Below, one piece after another: positions 20,025 to 30,182 of a stretch of DNA of 64,000 nt (position 1 is the first letter of the stretch; every line of letters begins with the position of its first letter). Under the pieces are notes generated by a model. The model was given only the letters and a program-made list of their open reading frames with translations. It was not told where the DNA came from and did no database searches. The DNA comes from a bacterium (GTDB taxonomy: Bacteria; Patescibacteriota; Microgenomatia; Curtissbacterales; GWA2-41-24): the NCBI GenBank assembly GCA_021813945.1, contig JAKAJD010000001.1, forward strand, positions 335,072 through 399,071, in the 5' to 3' direction. The translations under genes were made by a program, and so were the position numbers.

Positions 20025-22046
20025 CAAACGCTGTGCTTCATCATCATATTGTTTTGCTAAAGCTTCGTTAGACTCACACCGCCTGGCTTCATCTGCTAAT
20101 TCGTTTAAAACTCTCACGTTTGTCTTGTTTAACCTATACGATTTTTCAAGATAATCTTTTGCCTCCTGGCATTCTCCTAATTCCAAATCAGATCGGCCAA
20201 CCCCAAAAGAAGCTCTTGGATCATCTGGTTGTATCAAAAGTGCTATCGTGTAATACTTTTTAGCATCCCCATAATTATTAGCCACTAACATTTGGTCACC
20301 AACTTCATTGAAAGAAAAAGAATAAAATCGTTTTATACTTTGCTCTATAAAATTGCTATATCCCCAAGTCGGATAGTTTCCTTTCATTTCCATTGAGGCA
20401 AACGCTTTCTCGTTTAGCTCCCTTATGTACTCCTTGTCCTTAATCTCGCCTTCCGGAACAAGCTTTTTTAATAGACCGCTAACGACCCAACCGTATCCTT
20501 CTATCTTTGGAGAATATGAAACTGTGTAAATCGGCACTTTATTTATATTTGACCTTATGAGTTGCTCCATGTAAGCTGCGCTTTGAGCTTCGGTAGTATC
20601 AAAAAACCCCAAAGGGAAGGTAAGATCTGGATATTCTCTTGCAAGCTGCTGTCTGTAAAAAAAATGCCTCAAAATCCCGCCTAATACTATTTTTCTGTCT
20701 CTAAATCGATCGCTAGTATAGTAAATATACTCTGTATTGAAAGCAGTCGTATCGTCGAACAAAAAAATGAGAGAGCCCGGTTCAGACGAAACTAATACGT
20801 CGTGTCCGAGCCAATCACCTAATTGGAATCCAGACATATCGGCTTTGGGCCAATTTGTCCTAAACATATAAAGAGGTATCAAGAAAAATGACAATCCCAA
20901 AATCAAAAGACCCAACTCTTTTTTTAACTTAATCCTTTTGAAAATTTTTGGGCTCACTTGATAAAGAAACAGTAATCCAAAAGCAAAATCAATCGTCAGA
21001 AAAAAATAGCTCAGGAGAATAAATCGTTCCCAAATTCCAAAAAGAAAATCAGATGAAAGAGAAAAACTTGAGTAAAAAAGAAAAATTGGACCGGAAACAA
21101 ATACTGCCAAGATCAAAAACCAGAAAAGTTTACGTTCTTTGAAAAAAGTATATACAGCACCCAAAATGATAAAAAATGATCCAATTAAACCGAAGTCGCT
21201 TTTTAAAAAAGCAAGATACGAGGCCACTTGAAGAAGTCTGGCTTTGTAATCCATCCCGACAAAGTCTTGCGATGCCGCAAAAGTACCATAGTCTGCCCTC
21301 GTTATCAAATGTAATAAGTTTCCAACATTCACGGCGTAATCCCAGTTAACCGGCGTATGCCTCAAAGCCAAAAGCGGAACAGCTAAATATGGAATTCCAC
21401 CCAATAAAAACGTTAATCCCAAAACAGCGGCCTTTTTTGAAATTTGGGTGTAAGTTCTTTGCGTCTTATGTATCAAATATAAATATGCAGGAAGAACCAA
21501 AACCGATGTTTGGTGATGAAAAACAGCAAGCCCAAGAAAAAAAATGCTTAAAAAAAGCCACTTCTCAAGTCTTATTCGTATCTCCTTCTTGTAAGCAACT
21601 CCCGTGATCCATAAAGTCAAAAAATAGAAACTTGCAGAAATCAAAAGAAGATTAAGCTGAAATACTTCAGTCACATGTGCATAAAGCCAAAAAAGGGGAG
21701 TAAAAGCCAGCGCCAAAGAAGCTGTAAGGGCAATAAAGTAACTTTTGGTTAGATTCCGAAGCGAAAGAAAAAGAAACGCAAGCGTCCCTGCAGAAAAAAA
21801 GGCCATCATCAAACCGGTTCGGTATGCAATGCTTCCGGCAATTGGTAAGTGGGTAAACAAAAAACCAAGAAGGGAATTCAACGGATATCCAGGGGGATGG
21901 GCAACGCCTCCAAAATATGCGGCCAAAATAACATCTCCGCTATCACCACCATAAACGGACGAAGAGACACCTAGCAAATAAATGAAAAAGGCAGCGGCAA
22001 AAAGAAAAATGGCGAGAAAGAACTCAAGCTTAAGCCTAAAAATCAC
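19995..22046 (-). CDS. GT-C-like polytopic membrane protein with C-terminal TPR repeats; candidate pilin O-glycosyl/oligosaccharyl-transferase
   Basis: N-terminal region of about 450 aa with multiple TM helices. C-terminal TPR-like repeats (YYTIALLIQPDD...EAKDYLEKSYRLN). Immediately downstream of pilA on the same strand. Confidence 0.5.
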   Translation of the reverse strand: MIFRLKLEFFLAIFLFAAAFFIYLLGVSSSVYGGDSGDVILAAYFGGVAHPPGYPLNSLLGFLFTHLPIAGSIAYRTGLMMAFFSAGTLAFLFLSLRNLTKSYFIALTASLALAFTPLFWLYAHVTEVFQLNLLLISASFYFLTLWITGVAYKKEIRIRLEKWLFLSIFFLGLAVFHHQTSVLVLPAYLYLIHKTQRTYTQISKKAAVLGLTFLLGGIPYLAVPLLALRHTPVNWDYAVNVGNLLHLITRADYGTFAASQDFVGMDYKARLLQVASYLAFLKSDFGLIGSFFIILGAVYTFFKERKLFWFLILAVFVSGPIFLFYSSFSLSSDFLFGIWERFILLSYFFLTIDFAFGLLFLYQVSPKIFKRIKLKKELGLLILGLSFFLIPLYMFRTNWPKADMSGFQLGDWLGHDVLVSSEPGSLIFLFDDTTAFNTEYIYYTSDRFRDRKIVLGGILRHFFYRQQLAREYPDLTFPLGFFDTTEAQSAAYMEQLIRSNINKVPIYTVSYSPKIEGYGWVVSGLLKKLVPEGEIKDKEYIRELNEKAFASMEMKGNYPTWGYSNFIEQSIKRFYSFSFNEVGDQMLVANNYGDAKKYYTIALLIQPDDPRASFGVGRSDLELGECQEAKDYLEKSYRLNKTNVRVLNELADEARRCESNEALAKQYDDEAQRLLRSQMEKLQ

Positions 22047-22130
22047 TTTTTTATTCTAAACTATCGCTAGTCCATAAAAAAGCACGGCAACCCATACGAC
22101 GTCACCGTGCTTTTTAATAATTCTCAGAGC

Positions 22131-22610
22131 TTATGGTGTACAACTACCTGATGTAATCTCAGTTGCCTTACCGGATGTTGATTCCCAACACCACAGCCAA
22201 TTTCCGACGCCTGAGTTAGGGTCTTCAAGTGTTGCATAAACAGCAGCTTCCGTCGTCGCAGCATTCAAAGTTATACAGTAGTCCTCAGCTGCACCACCAA
22301 TTCCAGGTCCTGTAGGTATCTGTTTCAAATCACCTTTTGCAGTGAGAGTCTGCAATGCACCGGCCCCTGAACCACATCCACCACCACCTGGGTAAGATCC
22401 TTGCCCTGGTGTTGTGTAGTAAGCCTGAAGAGCAGTTGCGATTTGTCCAACATCACTCTTTCGGGTCGCGTCTTTAGCCTGTTTTGTTCTCTTTCCGGGA
22501 TTTGCGGCAACCAAAACTGCTGCAGCCAAAATACCAAGGATTGCAATAACGATAAGAAGCTCGATTAATGTAAAACCACGAAGAAATTTCTTTTGGGCAG
22601 TAAAAATCAC
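22131..22610 (-). CDS. pilA: type IV major pilin
   Basis: Leader MIFTAQKKFLRG/FTLIELLIVIAILGILAA with Glu at +5. Two C-terminal Cys residues (disulfide loop). Ser/Thr-rich C-terminus ESTSGKATEITSGSCTP. Confidence 0.85.
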   Translation of the reverse strand: MIFTAQKKFLRGFTLIELLIVIAILGILAAAVLVAANPGKRTKQAKDATRKSDVGQIATALQAYYTTPGQGSYPGGGGCGSGAGALQTLTAKGDLKQIPTGPGIGGAAEDYCITLNAATTEAAVYATLEDPNSGVGNWLWCWESTSGKATEITSGSCTP

Positions 22611-22778
22611 TAAATTATCTCACCTCCCTCTGGAATAAAAAATATTCCTCTCCAATTAAAGTATGATTCAATTTAGCTTTCTTTGTCAAGCAAAAAGAAG
22701 TGATTAAAATTGGCTTGTCAGATTTAGGCCCGCAACGTAGTGAGGACAGCAATTTAACTTCCTTATTATTTAGATTAT

Positions 22779-23990
22779 TTAGAATTGTGAAGTTAAATTA
22801 TAGATTGGAAGTATTATCGAAAGGACCAATATTCCAACTCCTAAACCCAAAATAACCAAAATTATCGGCTCAAGTGCTGTGGTTAAATTACGGATCGAAT
22901 TTTCGCTTTCACCCTCAAAGTAAAGCGACAGCCTTCCCAAAACTTCATCCATTTTGCCAGTTTCTTCCCCAACTCTTATCATTTGCGAAATAATTGGCGG
23001 AAAAGCAGGGTCGGCAGCCAATGGCTGAAATAAAGGTGAACCACGCTCTACTCTGGCAATAGCTTTATCTATACCTTCCTGGTACGATGGCGACGAGAGT
23101 ATATCCCGAACAACCCTCAGCGCCGAAATAATTGGGATTCCGGTCCCGATAAGAAGTCCTAAGGTTCTTGTAAATTCAGCTAGGATCAAAGTCTTTCGAA
23201 TCTTTCCCCAGATTGGCAAGCTTAAAACAATCCTCGACATTATTTTAGCTCCAGTTGGCGTTCTGGAAAAAACTTTAAGGCCATAAATGGCACATGCAAT
23301 AACAATAATAAGAAGCCACCAAAAAGATCGCAAAAAATTAGACATTGCAATAAGAATTCGGGTAGGCAGTGGCAATTGGGTTCCTATTTGGCTATAAAGG
23401 CCGGTCAGCTTTGGAATAACAAAAATCATCATTAAAACCATCACAACTATCATGACGGTTACAACAATGGAAGGATAAATAAACGCACCTCTTGTTTTAG
23501 ATTTAAACTCGCGCTCTTTTTCTAGTGATTGCGCCAGCTTTGAAAGGACTTTATCTAAAACTCCTCCGGTTTCACCGGCCTCGATCAACTTTACGTATAC
23601 AATTCCAAAAACCCTGTCGTGCTTTCCTAGTGCTTGGGAAAGCGAAAGGCCTCCCTCAACATCCGAAACAACTTCTCCTAAAATTCTTGCAAAGGTTCCG
23701 CTTTTTGTCTGCTTTTGCAAAATGATCAAAGCATCGGTTAGGGGCAATCCCGCAGAAACCATTGTCGAAAGCTGTCTTGTAAAATTGACAACCTCCGATG
23801 AGGAAACACCTTTTCCAATATTTAAAATGGAAATGTTTATAACCTGCTTTTTTTCTCTACTTCGAACCTCAATTGGAATCAACTTTTCCTGTTGCAGGAT
23901 TTTAACCAAGGCATTTTCATCAACCGCCTCCACCTCACCTGTAAACTTTTTACCAGTTGAATCTTTTGCAACAAATTTAAAAAGAGGCAT
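22779..23990 (-). CDS. pilC: type IV pilus platform protein PilC (two GspF domains)
   Basis: About 400 aa with duplicated T2SS-F domain architecture. Characteristic N-terminus MPLFKF.AKDSTGK. Confidence 0.9.
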   Translation of the reverse strand: MPLFKFVAKDSTGKKFTGEVEAVDENALVKILQQEKLIPIEVRSREKKQVINISILNIGKGVSSSEVVNFTRQLSTMVSAGLPLTDALIILQKQTKSGTFARILGEVVSDVEGGLSLSQALGKHDRVFGIVYVKLIEAGETGGVLDKVLSKLAQSLEKEREFKSKTRGAFIYPSIVVTVMIVVMVLMMIFVIPKLTGLYSQIGTQLPLPTRILIAMSNFLRSFWWLLIIVIACAIYGLKVFSRTPTGAKIMSRIVLSLPIWGKIRKTLILAEFTRTLGLLIGTGIPIISALRVVRDILSSPSYQEGIDKAIARVERGSPLFQPLAADPAFPPIISQMIRVGEETGKMDEVLGRLSLYFEGESENSIRNLTTALEPIILVILGLGVGILVLSIILPIYNLTSQF

Positions 23991-23992
23991 AG

Positions 23993-25063
23993 CTATTGCT
24001 GGGAAACTTCGCCCTTATCAACAAGTCTTTCAAGCTCCTCTGGCCTTATACTGTAAGCCCTGGCTGTTTCAAGTGATAATCTACCGGCTTTAACGAGATA
24101 GGCAAGGGAAGCATCCATTAAAATCATCCCCGAAGCGCCAGACGTTTGGATGATATTATCAATTTGGTGGGTTTTGCCATCTCGGATTGCGGTTTGGACA
24201 GCCGGGGAAGAAAGCAAAATCTCGGCAACCGGAAGCCTGCCTCCGCCAATTGCAGGAACAAGACGCATCGAAACAATCCCCGCCATCGTTGCTGCCAACT
24301 GCAACCTAACCTGTGCTTGTTGGGTTTCCGGAAATACATCAATTATTCGGTCAATTGACTGTGATGCTGAATTCGTATGCAAAGTCGCAAAAACCAAATG
24401 TCCTGTTTCGGCAACTGTAATAGCAGATGCAATCGTTTCAAAATCACGCATTTCACCAACTAAAACTACGTCTGGATCCTCACGAAGTGCAGATCTTAAG
24501 GCAATTTCCCAGGAATGTGTATCCAAATGCATTTCCCGCTGGGAAACCAAGGCTTTACCTTTTGGATAAACGTATTCAATCGGATCCTCAATTGTCAAAA
24601 CATGAACAGGCCGTGTCTGGTTAATCTCGTTGATAATAGATGCAATTGTCGTCGATTTTCCGTGACCCGTGGGGCCAGTCACCAAAATAAATCCTTGCCT
24701 GAGTTTTGCAAAGCTATGGCAAATTCGCGGCAAATTCAATTCTTCTATTGTCTTGATATAGGAAGGGATAAGTCTTAAAGCTGCCGAGAGATAACCTTTT
24801 TGGTAATACGCGTTGACCCTGAACCTTGCAACTTCGCCAAGCGCAAACGAAAAATCGATTTCCTTGTTGACAGAAAGCATCTCCTTTTGTTCAGGAGAAA
24901 GTAACTCATACACCAAATTTTCAGTATCATCCGACGTCAAAAGGGCAGATGCAATCGGGAGAAGCTGCCCGTCAATTCTAATAACTGGGGGCGAACCAAC
25001 CACCAGATGTAAATCCGACGCTTCCTTTTTAACAACTATTTCCAAATACTCTTGTATCGACAT
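23993..25063 (-). CDS. pilT: twitching-motility retraction ATPase PilT
   Basis: Walker A motif GPTGHGKSTT. Asp box and His box. PilT-type N-terminus. About 355 aa. Confidence 0.9.
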   Translation of the reverse strand: MSIQEYLEIVVKKEASDLHLVVGSPPVIRIDGQLLPIASALLTSDDTENLVYELLSPEQKEMLSVNKEIDFSFALGEVARFRVNAYYQKGYLSAALRLIPSYIKTIEELNLPRICHSFAKLRQGFILVTGPTGHGKSTTIASIINEINQTRPVHVLTIEDPIEYVYPKGKALVSQREMHLDTHSWEIALRSALREDPDVVLVGEMRDFETIASAITVAETGHLVFATLHTNSASQSIDRIIDVFPETQQAQVRLQLAATMAGIVSMRLVPAIGGGRLPVAEILLSSPAVQTAIRDGKTHQIDNIIQTSGASGMILMDASLAYLVKAGRLSLETARAYSIRPEELERLVDKGEVSQQ

Positions 25064-25124
25064 TAAGTTTTGACTTTTGCGTTTTGCGTTTCCGAAGGAA
25101 AAGTTTTCCTTTTGATTTCTTTTC

Positions 25125-26885
25125 TCATTCTTCTGCCACTCTCAAAACTTCCTCAATTGTCGTTATTCCCTCGACAACTTTCAAAAATCCGTCTTGTTTC
25201 ATAGTTATCATACCGTCTAAAATTGCCTGGTTTTCAATAGCCTGAGAAGTTTCATGGCCAATAATCATCCTTGATATTTTCTCAGTCACAACTAGAGCCT
25301 CAAAAATTCCAATTCGCCCTAAATAGCCTGTGTTGTTACATTCAGGGCAGCCTCTACCGCTAAATAGAGTGACCTTTTTTTTGAAATCATATAGATTTCC
25401 CAAGACAGTTTGCAGCCGGTCCAAAGCTTCCTTGGTAACCGGTTTTGGGACTTTGCAAGAAGGGCACGCTCTTCTAACAACACGCTGGCCCATAACAGCC
25501 GTCACCGTCGAAGCAATAAGATAAGGCTCTGCGTGCATATCCAAAAGCCTGGGCAGCGCCCCAGCGGCGTTATTGGTGTGCAGGGTCGAAAAGACCAAGT
25601 GACCAGTCAAGGAAGCCTGTACGGCAAGCTCAGTTGTTTCTGCATCACGAATCTCTCCAACCATCAAAATATTAGGATCTTGCCTTAAAATCGACCTCAA
25701 ACCAGATGCAAAAGTTAAACCTGCTTGTGGATTTATCTGGACCTGGTTAACACCTGGGATTTGATACTCAATTGGATCTTCAAGGGTAATAATATTGACC
25801 CTTGTTGAATTAAGCTTTGAAAGTATTGAGTAAAGTGTAGTTGTCTTACCGGAACCGGTAGGCCCTGTAATTAGAATAATTCCATGAGGTCTTAAAATCG
25901 TCTCTTCTATATTGGCAAGTGCTTTGCCCCGAAGACCCAATTCCGGAAGAGAAGGCACGCCACCGGTTTTTTTAAGAAGCCTCATAACGACCTTTTCACC
26001 AAATGCAGTGGGGAGCGTAGAAATACGCAAATCCAATTCCTCCCGCCCAATTTTAAAATTGAAGCGGGCGTCTTGAGGAATACGCTTTTCATCAATTTTC
26101 ATATTGCCCAAAATTTTGATTCTGGAAACAATTGCTTCGTGAATTCGCTTTGGCAAAATTAGCTTTTCGTGCAGGATTCCATCAATTCTGTACCTCACTC
26201 GAGTCTCGTTCTCCAAAGGTTCTATGTGAATATCGGAAGCCCTAACTTTAATACCGTACTCAAGTAGGGTCGAAACAATCCTTGCAACGGGCGCCTCCCC
26301 TAAAACTGCCGTTGCTTCAGGCTGCTCTATGTAAGTTTTAGAGGCCCCTGTTGTAGTTTCCTTAAGCGCTTCTGTGACCTCTGTCGAAAGACCTCTGGTG
26401 TATTGTTCGGAAATCGCCTTAATAATAGAGGGGCCGGTAGAAATATACGGCTTTACCGAAAGGCCGGACTTTTTCTCCAAAAACTCTAAAGTCTGCAAAT
26501 CCAAGGGGTCAACCATGGCAACCGAAAGAGTTTCCTTATCTTTTGCAATCGGAATAACCGTAAAACGCTTTGCTACATCTTCAGGGATATATCCTAAAAC
26601 TTCAGGAGAAATAGGCTGTTCAGAAGGCTCAAAAAACTCAACTCCAATAGCCTCCGCCTTTGCCTTAACCAGCTCTTCATCGCTCACCCAGGCCATCTGA
26701 GAAAGAACCTGCTCTGGCGTTTCTTGTCGCCTTTTTGCTTCGTTTTTTACAAATGAAAGCTGCTCAGAGGTGATAAGCCCACGCTTTGCCAAAACATCCT
26801 CAATAGAAAATCCAAAGCCGGAGCCTGGATAACTCGTACCAGTTTGGGCAGTAGTTGGCATTGCAAAGAAAGTACACAAAACCAC
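25125..26885 (-). CDS. pilB: type IV pilus assembly ATPase PilB (GspE family)
   Basis: Walker A motif GPTGSGKTTT. Tetracysteine zinc motif CPSC...CPEC. N-terminal GSPII domains. Confidence 0.9.
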   Translation of the reverse strand: MVLCTFFAMPTTAQTGTSYPGSGFGFSIEDVLAKRGLITSEQLSFVKNEAKRRQETPEQVLSQMAWVSDEELVKAKAEAIGVEFFEPSEQPISPEVLGYIPEDVAKRFTVIPIAKDKETLSVAMVDPLDLQTLEFLEKKSGLSVKPYISTGPSIIKAISEQYTRGLSTEVTEALKETTTGASKTYIEQPEATAVLGEAPVARIVSTLLEYGIKVRASDIHIEPLENETRVRYRIDGILHEKLILPKRIHEAIVSRIKILGNMKIDEKRIPQDARFNFKIGREELDLRISTLPTAFGEKVVMRLLKKTGGVPSLPELGLRGKALANIEETILRPHGIILITGPTGSGKTTTLYSILSKLNSTRVNIITLEDPIEYQIPGVNQVQINPQAGLTFASGLRSILRQDPNILMVGEIRDAETTELAVQASLTGHLVFSTLHTNNAAGALPRLLDMHAEPYLIASTVTAVMGQRVVRRACPSCKVPKPVTKEALDRLQTVLGNLYDFKKKVTLFSGRGCPECNNTGYLGRIGIFEALVVTEKISRMIIGHETSQAIENQAILDGMITMKQDGFLKVVEGITTIEEVLRVAEE

Positions 26886-26924
26886 CGGTCAAAAACCGGC
26901 AGATGGTACTAAATAGATCATAGC

Positions 26925-26947
26925 AATTCCAAGCTTAAATTGGAATT
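26925..26947. promoter_or_regulatory. perfect 8-bp inverted repeat AATTCCAA-N7-TTGGAATT in the divergent pilB/holB promoter region
   Basis: Read directly from the sequence. Candidate operator site. Confidence 0.3.
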
Positions 26948-26979
26948 AGCTGGCCAAGTCAGGTAAAATCCAAGCTGCA

Positions 26980-27642
26980 ATGTACCCACAAAGTAAATTT
27001 CAATGCTACCTTATTATAGGAGAGCCCACAGATACTAAAACGGAATCTCAAAAGATCGCAAAAACACTTGGCGTTGACCTTAATAAAACATCACCCGATA
27101 TTTTCGAAATAGTGCCAGCAAAACAAAGCATCTCGATAGATGAGGTCAGAAACCTCAAAAAACATATATTTCAAAAACCTGTTAAGCTTCCTGTAAAAAT
27201 GATTATTTTTCGCGAAGCACACAAATTGACCCTCGAAGCCCAAAACGCGCTTTTAAAAATCCTCGAAGAACCGCCTGGAAAAGCCATAATAATTCTTGAA
27301 TCAGAAAACAAGCAAAATTTGCTCCCAACAATAAGATCAAGGGTCGTTATTCGCGAATTGAAAAAAGGAGGGGCCGAAAATTCAGATCTTTACCTTAACC
27401 ACAGCCTCGATAATTTGCTCGAACGGCTGCCGCTTATCGAAAACCACCAGAAATGGCTAGACATTCAAATAGAAATCGCCCACAGCCAAATAATAAAAAA
27501 TGCAAAAAGCTCAAAAAATACTCCAAAAGAAATCACAAATGCCATCGAGGCCTGCATAGCTACCAAAAAAATGATCTCGGCCAATGTCAACCCGACTTTT
27601 GCCATTGCAAATCTTTATCTTCAGACCGTGAAATCGGACTAA
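26980..27642 (+). CDS. holB: DNA polymerase III delta-prime subunit (clamp-loader AAA+ protein lacking a Walker A motif)
   Basis: Clamp-loader motifs NALLKILEEPP and TIRSRV (sensor/SRC). No P-loop. Confidence 0.72.
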   Translation: MYPQSKFQCYLIIGEPTDTKTESQKIAKTLGVDLNKTSPDIFEIVPAKQSISIDEVRNLKKHIFQKPVKLPVKMIIFREAHKLTLEAQNALLKILEEPPGKAIIILESENKQNLLPTIRSRVVIRELKKGGAENSDLYLNHSLDNLLERLPLIENHQKWLDIQIEIAHSQIIKNAKSSKNTPKEITNAIEACIATKKMISANVNPTFAIANLYLQTVKSD

Positions 27643-27670
27643 AAACTTAGCCTCAAAATAGCTTGCATAA

Positions 27671-29668
<1,998 letters not shown>

Positions 29669-30181
29669 ATGGACGCAAGAGCTACAGAACTTGAACCAAC
29701 TGTAAAAACGGTCATCTTAAACCAATCTTTCGGTTTTTTCGACAGGCCAGTTCCATCCGGCGACGATGAAATAATGGAAACAGCGGACATCAGAAATCCC
29801 GCCATGGAAAATCCTATAGGTGGCTTAATCGGCATCGCAAAAACAGATAACGGCCGAAGCATCACCGGCAATGATTCTTTACAAGTAGCCTTCGAAATTA
29901 GGGCAAAGGCAGAACGTCCAGGACAAACTCACCAGATACTTACAGGTCACCCTTTTCACAATCCTGTATTTTATATGGAAACACCTCAAGGCTTGTTTGC
30001 AAGCTTAGGGGAAAGATCCGGACAAAACACAGAGTCAATTCTTTTCGATCGATGGGTCGAAATCACTAACCGCCGCCAGGCTTCAAAGTCGGATATTGCT
30101 CAAATGGTCAGAAACAATAAAGCCCAGCCTAGACCTGTAAGATTAAGCGATCTCCCAAAAACAAAATTCAAAATAACCTAA
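29669..30181 (+). CDS. hypothetical protein encoded between gyrB and gyrA
   Basis: 170-aa ORF that fills the gap exactly: its ATG directly follows the gyrB stop, and its stop lies 1 nt before the gyrA ATG. No recognisable motif. Confidence 0.5.
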   Translation: MDARATELEPTVKTVILNQSFGFFDRPVPSGDDEIMETADIRNPAMENPIGGLIGIAKTDNGRSITGNDSLQVAFEIRAKAERPGQTHQILTGHPFHNPVFYMETPQGLFASLGERSGQNTESILFDRWVEITNRRQASKSDIAQMVRNNKAQPRPVRLSDLPKTKFKIT

Positions 30182-30182
30182 C

